Below are positions 1 to 8,529 of a stretch of DNA of 32,000 bases, one piece after another. Below the pieces are notes generated by a model. That model worked only from the letters and a program-made list of their open reading frames with translations. It did no database searches and was not told the origin of the DNA. Both the position numbers and the translations under genes were made by a program. The first letter of the stretch is position 1. Every line of letters begins with the position of its first letter. The DNA is taken from positions 270,001 through 302,000 of the forward strand of contig JBGQBI010000004.1 of the NCBI GenBank assembly GCA_041494705.1, read 5' to 3'. This DNA comes from Candidatus Methanoperedens sp. Lineage in GTDB: Archaea > Halobacteriota > Methanosarcinia > Methanosarcinales > Methanoperedenaceae.

Positions 1-205
1 TTAAAATCCGGTCAAGTTCCAAATTCAGGATGGAAAGTTTATCTTCGCTATTAAAAGCGAGGTCATATACCAGAGCCAGTTCTTTCAGTATAATGCCCTC
101 CAGATAGCCGGGAGTGCCCTCTTTTATTAAATTATGTCCTTTATTCGTGAAAAAGCACATCCTGGGGCATTTGTGATAAATTGTAATATCCGAGACCCTT
201 ATCAT
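1..205 (-). CDS. Partial ORF running off the left edge. The N-terminus resembles Cas4/DUF83-type PD-(D/E)XK nucleases.
   Basis: Manual reverse translation from ATG (complement of 203-205) gives MIRVSDITIYHKCPRMCFFTNKGHNLIKEGTPGYLEGIILKELALVYDLAFNSEDKLSILNLELDRIL with no stop before the window edge. The 'SD(I/L)xxYxxCPR' pattern is typical of Cas4-like N-termini. The ORF is not in the supplied track because it is open-ended. Confidence 0.3.
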   Translation of the reverse strand, partial: MIRVSDITIYHKCPRMCFFTNKGHNLIKEGTPGYLEGIILKELALVYDLAFNSEDKLSILNLELDRIL

Positions 206-301
206 GGAGTTCAAAATACTGCAAACATTTAAAAATATTGCTATTTGAAATCGTTAATTGTCCGGACGGGACGGAAGTCTTTTGTAGAATCAATTTCTTA
301 C

Positions 302-874
302 ATGGTTATAATGAGGACAGGAACTAACCGAAAGATAATTCTCCTTTCTTTAGGGCTGGCAGTACTTGGCTTTGTGTTTTTTCTTCCATTATATACGGGC
401 GCTTTTACAAATCCGGATTTTACCAGGTGCGATGCCTGCCATGTGCGGGTGGGGGATGAACTCTCACGGAGTGCCCTCCATAAGGACCTAAAATGCACCA
501 GTTGCCACAATGTCACCGATTTCGCCCCTGATTTATATTCACACAATGCAACAACCGTTGAGTGTACCTGGTGCCATAATGAGACGAATGCCACCCAATT
601 TATCGGTGATGCGCACACCGATTTCCAAAATGCCAGTTCCAATAGTTCCATTTTCGTTGGCAGGAATGAGATGTGTGTTTCCTGTCATACAGCTATTGAC
701 CTTGAAATAGAATGGCATTCGTATAAAGGTATGAATATGACAGTTTCAAGTCGTAGCGGAGCCTGGGAAACGCAGTTCTCCTCCGTGTCCGGAGATAATA
801 AATCAATCAGTTATACCAATTATACTAACTACCTGAATAATACAAATTGGACAAACAGGTCAAATAATTCATGA
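302..874 (+). CDS. Membrane-anchored or secreted tetrahaem c-type cytochrome
   Basis: There are four CxxCH haem-binding motifs (CDACH, CTSCH, CTWCH, CVSCH). They follow a basic n-region and a hydrophobic segment (RKIILLSLGLAVLGFVFFLPL). The C-terminal tail is Asn-rich and full of N-x-S/T sequons (NYTNYTNYLNNTNWTNRSNNS). The track ORF starts at TTG 245; the first in-frame ATG codons are at 302 and 311. Confidence 0.8.
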   Translation: MVIMRTGTNRKIILLSLGLAVLGFVFFLPLYTGAFTNPDFTRCDACHVRVGDELSRSALHKDLKCTSCHNVTDFAPDLYSHNATTVECTWCHNETNATQFIGDAHTDFQNASSNSSIFVGRNEMCVSCHTAIDLEIEWHSYKGMNMTVSSRSGAWETQFSSVSGDNKSISYTNYTNYLNNTNWTNRSNNS

Positions 875-2982
875 AACCAGAGAATATATTTATTTTAATA
901 ATAGTATTTGTTTCTGTTTCGGTTTTTGCCAGCTCTGCTGCCAACGGGTCTGCAATTGTCATACGGGCGCCTCCGGATAATTATTTGACCAATGTATCCG
1001 TAGTTACAGTTACCGGAGAAGCTGACCCCGGTGCGGTATTGAGTTTGAATGGCGTATTACTTTCAAACAACAACGGTATTTTTTCAAAAAACATAACGCT
1101 GGCTGAAGGATTGAACAGAATAATCATTACGGCTCAACAGAACGGGAATGTATCAACTGCAACCGTAAATGTCACCCTTGATACAATAAGTCCCGGAGTA
1201 ATAATAACATCGCCTGATACGAAATACATTAATACGACTGCTCTTAACATCAGTTACACTTCCAATGCCACAGATATCGAATCGTACAGGGTCCGCCTGA
1301 ACAAACAGGAATGGGTGGTGACCAATGAAACATATTATTTATTCAATGCAACAGAAGGTCCGGCTTTAATTGAGGTTCAGGCAATAGACCATGCAGGCAA
1401 TATCGGGGAGATGAGCCGGAATCTCACTGTTGATACCATCCCGCCATTGATTGAAATAACCAGACCTGACATTAATGAACCTATCATCAGCAGGACTGTG
1501 GAAATTTCAGGCAGGACTGCGATAGGTGCCAATGTTACCCTGAACGGAGTGAACCTTACCAATAATAACGGTACATGGAGCAGCGAAATATTGCTTTGGG
1601 CAGTTAATAATCCTGTCCGCATAGAAAGCACAGACCCTGCCGGGAATAAAGCTGTGAAGACGATTAATATCCGCATCGGGGAAAATTTCAGTAATACAAT
1701 GCCTTTTCAGGATTTCTTCAATCAAACGATTAATTTCAACAGAATAGGGACGTTTGAAGAGAAAAGCAAAGCCGTTTCAGGGAAATATGTGAGCTACCTG
1801 TTTGATAATAATTATTCCGCTTTTATGGGATATTCCATCAACAATTCGGAATCCGAAACAGTATGGTTCAATAAAATATATATTTCAAATTTCACAGCCG
1901 AAAATATCAGCGTTTCCGGCTCTGTTGCCAGATATTTCCAAAACATGAAATTCGGCCGGAAGCATTATATCGGTTTTGAAATGCATGACAACAAAATGGG
2001 GACCATGCTTGTTGATATCAGGGAGATAGAAGACATATATTCCAAAGTGAGGGAATACCTCTTGAACATGACGCCTGAACGGTTAAGAATCAATGTCTCT
2101 GCTGATCTTAATGTGACGCTGGAAAGAAAAGAGACAGGGACTACGGCAAAATATTATATCGACCAGAGCTGGAAGGAATGGCCTGATGTCACGTTCGAAT
2201 TGCCGGATGATGTAATAGTAACTGATATTAATAACGGGTTCAGGCTGCAAAAAGATAACAAAGAGGCATATTTGATCTGGGCAAAATTTGCAGGCGGGTC
2301 GGCGAATTTCACTCACGACGGCAATAAGATTGTGGCAAGGGTCAATAATTCCCTGTTGATTTTCAGGCAGTCTGCAAGTCATAATCTGACCGGGGATAAT
2401 ATTTATGACATGCTTGTAACCGAGGGGATTTCCAACGGGATAATCGGCGCTGAAATATACCTTGATTCTGCAGACTCGTATGATGTGGCTGCCTTTGGCG
2501 ATATGTCTGTTCTTACCGATTTTCCCGACCCCAATACTATGAACCTGAATGTAAGTTCAAATTCAATGAACGGGACGGTACTGGTAGTTAATATTGGCGG
2601 TAATTTGTATAATAAATTATTAAATAAAAGTATTATCATAAAATATGATGGGGAAGACATATATCCTGCAAACAGTTTTGAGGATATCATTGATTTGACC
2701 AATGATTTTGGTCATTCCGAATACCTGCTCGCCACGGGAAACACCGGGGCTTACATTTTTGTTTCCGTTCCCAAATTTTCTTCACATGTAATTTCATTTG
2801 GTTTTGAACCCAGGTCAGAATCATATGCCTCAGGAATTTTTGACATGCTTAATTTCTTAACAAGCGGGCTGTTCATGGCTCTTCCTGTCGGAAGCAGGGA
2901 AGTGGTATTCAGCATTTGGTGGTTCGGGAGTATGATGATGATTTATATTTTATTTAGAAAAGCAGTGAGGAAAAAAAGATAA
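871..2982 (+). CDS. Large extracellular surface (S-layer-like) glycoprotein with Ig-like repeats and a C-terminal membrane anchor
   Basis: It has a signal-like N-terminus (IFILIIVFVSVSVFASSAA). Repeated modules occur, such as VTGEADPGAVLSLNGV..NNGIFS.....DTISP and ISGRTAIGANVTLNGV..NNGTWS...DPAGN, with a related DHAGN...DTIPP segment between them. I count about 29 N-x-S/T sequons. The C-terminus is a TM helix plus a basic tail (FSIWWFGSMMMIYILFRKAVRKKR). An ATGA start/stop overlap links it to the cytochrome gene. Confidence 0.75.
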   Translation: MKPENIFILIIVFVSVSVFASSAANGSAIVIRAPPDNYLTNVSVVTVTGEADPGAVLSLNGVLLSNNNGIFSKNITLAEGLNRIIITAQQNGNVSTATVNVTLDTISPGVIITSPDTKYINTTALNISYTSNATDIESYRVRLNKQEWVVTNETYYLFNATEGPALIEVQAIDHAGNIGEMSRNLTVDTIPPLIEITRPDINEPIISRTVEISGRTAIGANVTLNGVNLTNNNGTWSSEILLWAVNNPVRIESTDPAGNKAVKTINIRIGENFSNTMPFQDFFNQTINFNRIGTFEEKSKAVSGKYVSYLFDNNYSAFMGYSINNSESETVWFNKIYISNFTAENISVSGSVARYFQNMKFGRKHYIGFEMHDNKMGTMLVDIREIEDIYSKVREYLLNMTPERLRINVSADLNVTLERKETGTTAKYYIDQSWKEWPDVTFELPDDVIVTDINNGFRLQKDNKEAYLIWAKFAGGSANFTHDGNKIVARVNNSLLIFRQSASHNLTGDNIYDMLVTEGISNGIIGAEIYLDSADSYDVAAFGDMSVLTDFPDPNTMNLNVSSNSMNGTVLVVNIGGNLYNKLLNKSIIIKYDGEDIYPANSFEDIIDLTNDFGHSEYLLATGNTGAYIFVSVPKFSSHVISFGFEPRSESYASGIFDMLNFLTSGLFMALPVGSREVVFSIWWFGSMMMIYILFRKAVRKKR

Positions 2983-2991
2983 ATCCTGAAT

Positions 2992-3729
2992 TTACGTCTC
3001 GCCGAGTATCTTTTCAAATAACCATCCGTATTCCTGCGGTTTTGTCAGGAACTCAAGATTCTTGATATCCCTTACAAGCCCATACATCTCGCGGCTTTTT
3101 TGTAATCCGAGTTCCTTAAAACCGGGAGGCTTAAGCAACCGTATCTCCGGAACGCTATCATATCGTGGATTTTTCACAAATCCCTTATCCAGAATGAAAT
3201 ACGCGCCTCCTCCTTTTTCCTTTATTGGCGCATAAATGGATTCAAAGTCGTGTGCCACCCAGTTTGCCATTTTCAGCACTTTATTGGAGGCGTTGATGGT
3301 GAGATGGCCATAGCCCGGCGGGATTATCACCTTATCTCCGACGCTTGCTTTTATGAGAATTACATCTTTTATTTGATTATCTTCAGGTTTTTGCAGAAGA
3401 TACTGCGCTTCGCCGCTTAAGACTTCGTATATCTCGGAAAAAGTCATATCCGTGCCTGTAACTTTCGGGTGATAATGCCCTGCTGTTTTCACGAATTCGC
3501 ATCCCAGCATACGCGGCGGGATAACCGTGATATCATACCGCAGATTATGTTCTTTCATGGTGAGGGCATCGTTCTTGCTGAGTGAGAGTTCACGGTACAT
3601 ATAATATAATTCGACATTGTTCGCCATCCTGAGCCATTCACGGTCATAGATGACATCTTTCATCTCAAACAGCATGCGTACGGAAGGCTTAACCCTCTTT
3701 GTCCCGAATTCCAGTATGGTCTCCATCAA
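2992..3729 (-). CDS. pgiA: Cupin-type glucose-6-phosphate isomerase (archaeal cPGI)
   Basis: The product aligns by eye with Pyrococcus-type cPGI. Shared segments include ...EFVKTAGHYHP..., EIYEVLSGEAQYLLQ, GDKVIIPPGYGHLTINAS and VKNPRY. Confidence 0.8.
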   Translation of the reverse strand: MMETILEFGTKRVKPSVRMLFEMKDVIYDREWLRMANNVELYYMYRELSLSKNDALTMKEHNLRYDITVIPPRMLGCEFVKTAGHYHPKVTGTDMTFSEIYEVLSGEAQYLLQKPEDNQIKDVILIKASVGDKVIIPPGYGHLTINASNKVLKMANWVAHDFESIYAPIKEKGGGAYFILDKGFVKNPRYDSVPEIRLLKPPGFKELGLQKSREMYGLVRDIKNLEFLTKPQEYGWLFEKILGET

Positions 3730-3746
3730 ACACTAATTAGGCTTTG

Positions 3747-3757
3747 ATTATAAATAT
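3747..3757 (-). promoter_or_regulatory. Candidate TATA box for the cPGI gene
   Basis: The minus strand reads ATATTTATAAT about 18-28 nt upstream of the ATG at 3729. That spacing fits an archaeal TATA box at about -26 and a leaderless or short-leader mRNA. Confidence 0.3.
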
Positions 3758-3792
3758 TTTTAGTGGCAGAGATTTTCACTTTCTTCATCTTC

Positions 3793-4908
3793 CTATTTTT
3801 TTGATTTCAACGGAAGTAAGAACGTAAACGTGCTCCCTTTACCAAACTTGCTCTCTACCCGGATTTTGCCTCCGTGCAGTTCCACAAGCTGCTTTGAAAT
3901 CGCAAGCCCAAGCCCGGTGCCTCCGGTTTTTCTACCGATTTCGAGCTGCTGGAACTTGGTGAACAGTTTCCCCATATCTTTTTCCTTTATTCCTACGCCG
4001 GTATCTGAAACTGAGATTTCCGCCATATCATCCGTTTTCTTTGTTGTTATGGTTACAGTTCCCCCTTCTTCCTTGCTGAATTTTACGGCGTTATCGAGCA
4101 GGTTAAAAAGAATCTGTTTGAACTTTGTCTTGTCAGCCTCTATAACGTCAAGCCGGGGATCAAATTCTTTGTTAAGAATTACCTTATGCTTGGCAGCTTT
4201 TTCTTTTATCAGGACGAGAACATCATCCATGACTGAAGGTACAGAGATTTCCTCAATTGCCAGTTCCATTTTTCCCGCTTCTATCTTGGAAATGTCAAGG
4301 ATATTATCAATGAGAGCATGCAGGTGCTTGCTGCTTGAAAGAACATTGTCCACAAAATGCTCCTGCTTTTCATTCAATTCCCCGGGCATCTTTTGCTTCA
4401 AGAGTTCCGAGAAACCAATAATGGCGTTCAGCGGGGTGCGGAGGTCGTGGCTCATGCTTGCGAGAAACTCTGATTTTGCCTGGTTTGCATACGCAAGGCG
4501 TTCGTTTTCGAGGCGTATTTCTTCTGTCCGCTTGCGCTCTGTGATGTCTTGCACCATGGCTAAAGCACCAATAATCCTGTTTTCTACATCCCTTAACGGC
4601 GTATTATGCCACTCGCATAAGATCGTGCGCCCGTCTTTTGTATTATTCTCATTAATGCTGTGGGCGGTCTCATCCCCTTCAAGTAAACGCTGCCAGATTA
4701 TATTGACCTGTGGCTGCGCTTCTTTTGGTACAATAATGTCGTAAGGATGTTTTCCCAGCGCTTCGTTCAATGTAAAACCAAAAATATTTCCAACCGTGAT
4801 CATTATCATTCCCGCCCAGAATATCAAAAGGTGAAAAGAACTTCCCTGCAGGGTCATAAAATTAAAAATCAGTACCACAAGACCAAGATGCAAAAGCGAC
4901 GAACCCAC
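3793..4908 (-). CDS. Sensor histidine kinase (N-terminal TM segments, PAS-like region, HisKA and HATPase_c domains)
   Basis: An H-box is present (EFLASMSHDLRTPLNAIIGFSELL). N and G boxes are present (LFNLLDNAVKFS, DTGVGI, GGTGLGLAISKQLVELHGG). The N-terminus is hydrophobic. No response regulator lies adjacent. Confidence 0.85.
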   Translation of the reverse strand: MGSSLLHLGLVVLIFNFMTLQGSSFHLLIFWAGMIMITVGNIFGFTLNEALGKHPYDIIVPKEAQPQVNIIWQRLLEGDETAHSINENNTKDGRTILCEWHNTPLRDVENRIIGALAMVQDITERKRTEEIRLENERLAYANQAKSEFLASMSHDLRTPLNAIIGFSELLKQKMPGELNEKQEHFVDNVLSSSKHLHALIDNILDISKIEAGKMELAIEEISVPSVMDDVLVLIKEKAAKHKVILNKEFDPRLDVIEADKTKFKQILFNLLDNAVKFSKEEGGTVTITTKKTDDMAEISVSDTGVGIKEKDMGKLFTKFQQLEIGRKTGGTGLGLAISKQLVELHGGKIRVESKFGKGSTFTFLLPLKSKK

Positions 4909-4941
4909 TCTCCCGGCATAGCCTTCTTTTTCAAAACCCCA

Positions 4942-5364
4942 TTACAGTTCAATCTCCTCCACAGGTTTGCCATCAATGGTCTCTGGCGCCAGCCAGTCGA
5001 TAATCCGAAGGAGTGAATCTTCATCCCCGGCTGAAATCTCAACATATATTGACCCGAGGCTCTCCTCGCCTCCCGGAAAATTCAATTTACCTGCAAAGGC
5101 GACCTGTTTATTTAACCGGAATTGTGTGGTGTCCCCGGAAATTCCATTTATTAGGATATGGCGCGCCGTGTCAAGAATCCGCTCTTCCCTTAAGCGGCGG
5201 TGAAGCAGTCTCAGGCTTTCCAGGTCTCCCTCGCCATAAAGCTGCGGGGTTCCAAAATCCCGGATTTGCAGTTCAACAGGGAATAAATTAGTTATGGCTT
5301 CCCTGACCTTTTCCTCAATTTCAGTAGGATATACAAGCGCTGAAACTCGAACTTTTATTTTCAT
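4942..5364 (-). CDS. UPF0201/DUF54-like small conserved archaeal protein (putative RNA-binding)
   Basis: At 140 aa the size and sequence resemble the UPF0201 family, recalled from memory. A 4-nt overlap couples it to the upstream UPF0200-like kinase gene, a pairing I recall from other archaea. Confidence 0.5.
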   Translation of the reverse strand: MKIKVRVSALVYPTEIEEKVREAITNLFPVELQIRDFGTPQLYGEGDLESLRLLHRRLREERILDTARHILINGISGDTTQFRLNKQVAFAGKLNFPGGEESLGSIYVEISAGDEDSLLRIIDWLAPETIDGKPVEEIEL

Positions 5365-5900
5365 ATTTTTGCCAGCAATTCTTTAATTTGTTTCTGGAAT
5401 TTTTCAATAGAACCGGTATTCATTATGACAATATCCGCCGTTTCTATTGCCTTATCCAATCCCCAGCCTTTTTCGCGTTCATCACGTCTTTTTAATTCCT
5501 CGATGTTCACTGTATCGTCCGAACGGGCGCGTTTTTTCACCCGTTCAAACCGGACTTCAAACGGTGAATGGATTGCTATGAGTTTAAAATCGCTCCCGAA
5601 TTGCTTTTTGAAAAAATTTACCTCGTCTATGTTCCGGATGCCGTCAACCACTGCCACCGGGGAATCCAGTCCGCTTATTCGGGGAACACAGCGTTTTGCA
5701 ATGGCGTCCATGCCCTCTTCCTGCCGGAGCGCCGTTCCCGTGCCCCCGATATTCTCACCTGTCGGGGGTAAACCTCTTCTTGCCGTTTCCTCCCTCACGA
5801 TATCGCCCATATTGATGACCGGAATCCCTGATAACCTGGAAATCGCCGCAGCTTCTGATTTTCCAGATGCGGGCATTCCTACAAAAGCAATTAACTTCAT
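5361..5900 (-). CDS. P-loop nucleotide kinase-like protein (UPF0200 / dephospho-CoA-kinase-like family)
   Basis: A Walker A motif (GMPASGKS) sits at the N-terminus. The 179-aa length fits small archaeal nucleotide kinases. Confidence 0.6.
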   Translation of the reverse strand: MKLIAFVGMPASGKSEAAAISRLSGIPVINMGDIVREETARRGLPPTGENIGGTGTALRQEEGMDAIAKRCVPRISGLDSPVAVVDGIRNIDEVNFFKKQFGSDFKLIAIHSPFEVRFERVKKRARSDDTVNIEELKRRDEREKGWGLDKAIETADIVIMNTGSIEKFQKQIKELLAKI

Positions 5901-5951
5901 GGGCGGATTAATTTAGCTAAAAGATAATAAATCTATGCACCTAAAATATAT

Positions 5952-7190
5952 ATGCTATTAGCCCACTGTATATCATTTATGGAAGATGCGATAGCAAAGA
6001 CTCCAATAACGAGCGGCACAATAAAACAAGACAATGAGATTGAGATAAGAGAATTGCGGGAAACCATTGAATTGCTGAAAAGCCAGGTAAAAGATATGCA
6101 TTCAAGGCTTCTTGAAGCTGCTGTCCTGAACAACAAATATATACAGGCGGTCCAGGATTACCAGAAACAGATGGAACAATTGAAGAAGCCGCCATTGTTT
6201 ATTTGCAGCGTGGTGGAATTGTTTGACGATATGGCGCTTTTGCGACAGCACGGCAGCAACCAGGAAATTGTAACGAAGGTTCCCGATGAGATGATGCGGG
6301 AGATAGAATCCGGCGCGCGTGTTGCCGTTACCGGAAACCTTGCAATCGTCAGGGTATTATCAAAATCATTTGATGTCAGGGCGCGCGTGATGGAATTGAT
6401 TGAAAGCCCGGATATCGATTATAATATGATTGGCGGCCTGCAAAAGCAAATCGAGGAAGTAATCGAAACGCTTGAGCTTCCGCTTACGAACCCCCAGCTT
6501 TTTACTGATGTGGGCGTGGAACCTCCCCACGGCATCCTGCTTTACGGCCCGCCCGGAACGGGTAAGACGCTTATAGCGAAAGCCGTGGCGCACAGGGCCA
6601 AAGCGACTTTTATAAGGATGAGCGGGAGCGAGCTTGTGCAGAAATACATAGGTGAAGGCGCAAGACTTGTCAGGGATGTTTTTGACCTGGCGCGGGAAAA
6701 AGCCCCGAGTATCGTTTTCATCGACGAAATAGACGCCGTGGGAAGCAGGCGAACCTATGACGGTACGACCGGCTCTTCGGAAGTGAACAGGACAATGGTC
6801 CAGCTTCTTGCCGAGCTTGACGGTTTTGATGCGCGGGGAGAAGTGAAAATCGTTGCAGCCACCAACCGTATCGACCTTCTTGACCCTGCGCTTTTGCGCC
6901 CCGGCAGGTTTGACAGGATAATCGAGATACCAATGCCTGATGCCGAGGGACGGAAAGAAATACTCAAGATACACACCCGAAACATGAAACTTGAAAATGT
7001 TGACCTTGATGAGTTTGTGGAAATGACCAGCGGTTTAAGCGGCGCAGACCTGAAAGCCATCGTCACCGAGGCGGGCATGTTCGTTATCAGGCGGAAAGGC
7101 AGGGCTGTTACCATGCAGGATTTTAAGGACGCCTATAACAAGGTGATAATCAAGGAGACGAAAGAAGAAGTAGCCGGAATGTTCGTGTGA
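5952..7190 (+). CDS. pan: Proteasome-activating nucleotidase (PAN, AAA+ ATPase)
   Basis: The product is strongly similar to M. jannaschii PAN. It has an N-terminal coiled coil, Walker A (GPPGTGKT), Walker B (IVFIDEID) and LLRPGRFDRIIE. An alternative start lies at ATG 5979. Confidence 0.9.
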   Translation: MLLAHCISFMEDAIAKTPITSGTIKQDNEIEIRELRETIELLKSQVKDMHSRLLEAAVLNNKYIQAVQDYQKQMEQLKKPPLFICSVVELFDDMALLRQHGSNQEIVTKVPDEMMREIESGARVAVTGNLAIVRVLSKSFDVRARVMELIESPDIDYNMIGGLQKQIEEVIETLELPLTNPQLFTDVGVEPPHGILLYGPPGTGKTLIAKAVAHRAKATFIRMSGSELVQKYIGEGARLVRDVFDLAREKAPSIVFIDEIDAVGSRRTYDGTTGSSEVNRTMVQLLAELDGFDARGEVKIVAATNRIDLLDPALLRPGRFDRIIEIPMPDAEGRKEILKIHTRNMKLENVDLDEFVEMTSGLSGADLKAIVTEAGMFVIRRKGRAVTMQDFKDAYNKVIIKETKEEVAGMFV

Positions 7191-7196
7191 TTGGGG

Positions 7197-7682
7197 TTAT
7201 TCTATCTTTCCCGCTATTTTTTCCGCAATACCTGTTATATGGTCTAAATTATCGGCTTTTTCTTTCTTATATTTCGCACTTACCGCAGCAAAGACATTGT
7301 TTTTCAAAAACAGCAGGTTATAGGTAATCCCGTCGATATCCTTTTTCTTGAGCATTAACGAGGATTCACCAATAGTTTTTATTTTTACAGGCCTTCCGTA
7401 TTTGTTCTTCTTTAAATAATCCACATCCGCATTATAAGCCATGTTCGCTCCCTCACCATCCCGGTATGTAGTAATAACCTGTATGATAACATCCTTCTTA
7501 TCCATTAAAAAGCAGCTAAAACATCCTTCCGAGAATCCCCAGTTTGTCAAATCTTCAGTTGTGGCATAATTGAAATTCAGGTCAGGCTCTGTTAAAAGAG
7601 TGCATACGTTTTCATGGACCATTTCAGTATTGTCCCCTGCTTCTACTCTTGTCAATGCGATATCAATCGAACGTCCTGTCAT
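7197..7682 (-). CDS. Hypothetical protein with no recognised family
   Basis: The open frame is 161-164 codons with protein-like composition. The track start is TTG 7691; I prefer the first ATG at 7682. I recognise no signal peptide or motif. Confidence 0.5.
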   Translation of the reverse strand: MTGRSIDIALTRVEAGDNTEMVHENVCTLLTEPDLNFNYATTEDLTNWGFSEGCFSCFLMDKKDVIIQVITTYRDGEGANMAYNADVDYLKKNKYGRPVKIKTIGESSLMLKKKDIDGITYNLLFLKNNVFAAVSAKYKKEKADNLDHITGIAEKIAGKIE

Positions 7683-7789
7683 GAATGGCAATAATTGCAG
7701 ATGTTAGATATGAAAGTATCGGCGATAGAATAAAATAGACAGAATAACTTATTAATATCCTGCATTATAATGAAAAGAGGAGACTTCAT

Positions 7790-8527
7790 ATGTTTAAGGC
7801 AGTAATCGGTGCGGAAAAATTAAAAGATTCAATCGAATCGATATCCACGCTCGTGGATGAAGCAAAATTTAAAATTACACCAGAGGGTATATCTGTCAGG
7901 GCCGTGGATCCGGCCAATGTCGCGATGGTGAGTTTTGACCTTGCAAAAGATGCTTTCGATTCCTTTGAAGCAACAGACGGTGAACTCGGCATAGACCTCA
8001 CAAAATTGAACGGGGTAATGGAAATGGCAGATAAGAGCGAGAACATCGAACTTGAGCTTGACGAAACTGCCCACAAACTGGTTGTCAGGATGCGCGGGCT
8101 TGCCTATACTATGTCCTTACTCGACCCTTCTTCAATAAGAAAAGAACCGAAAGTCCCTACCCTTGACCTCCCAGCACGCATCGTAATCCGCGGCGAGGAT
8201 ATTAAAAGGGCGATTAAAGCTGCTGAAAAAGTAAGCGATTATATGTCGATGGGCGTAAAAGGAGATGTCTTTTTCATGGAAGCTGAAGGGGACACGGACA
8301 GGGTTCGTGTGGAACTGGCAAGAGACCAGCTTATTGATATGCAGGCAGCAGAGGCGAAATCGTTATTCTCCCTTGACTATCTCTCGGATATGAGTAAAAT
8401 CCTCGGAAAAGCCAATGAAGTTACAATCGACCTCGGAAAAGATTACCCCCTGAAAATAAAGGTCAAGATTGCAGAAGGTCATGGCGAGGTCAGTTATATG
8501 CTGGCTCCCAGGGTCGAATCCGAATAA
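7790..8527 (+). CDS. pcn: DNA polymerase sliding clamp (PCNA)
   Basis: The 245-aa product has the typical archaeal PCNA N-terminus (MFKAVI...AEKLKDSIESISTLVDEAKFKITPEGISVRAVDPANVAMV). A GAGGAG Shine-Dalgarno sequence lies about 7 nt upstream. Confidence 0.9.
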   Translation: MFKAVIGAEKLKDSIESISTLVDEAKFKITPEGISVRAVDPANVAMVSFDLAKDAFDSFEATDGELGIDLTKLNGVMEMADKSENIELELDETAHKLVVRMRGLAYTMSLLDPSSIRKEPKVPTLDLPARIVIRGEDIKRAIKAAEKVSDYMSMGVKGDVFFMEAEGDTDRVRVELARDQLIDMQAAEAKSLFSLDYLSDMSKILGKANEVTIDLGKDYPLKIKVKIAEGHGEVSYMLAPRVESE

Positions 8528-8529
8528 GC

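Noticed and set aside
3830-4744. A 304-aa plus-strand ORF antisense to the histidine kinase
   Set aside because: The product is low-complexity and rich in Ser, Leu and Pro, with no motifs. It is fully contained in a gene with unambiguous HisKA/HATPase motifs on the other strand, so it is a compositional shadow ORF.
5425-7114. Antisense ORFs inside the UPF0200 and PAN genes (5425-5916, 6366-6974, 6755-7114 and others)
   Set aside because: They lie opposite strongly supported genes and their translations are Arg/Ser/Pro-rich junk. The same reasoning applies to 27033-27518, 29279-29713 and 30014-30499.
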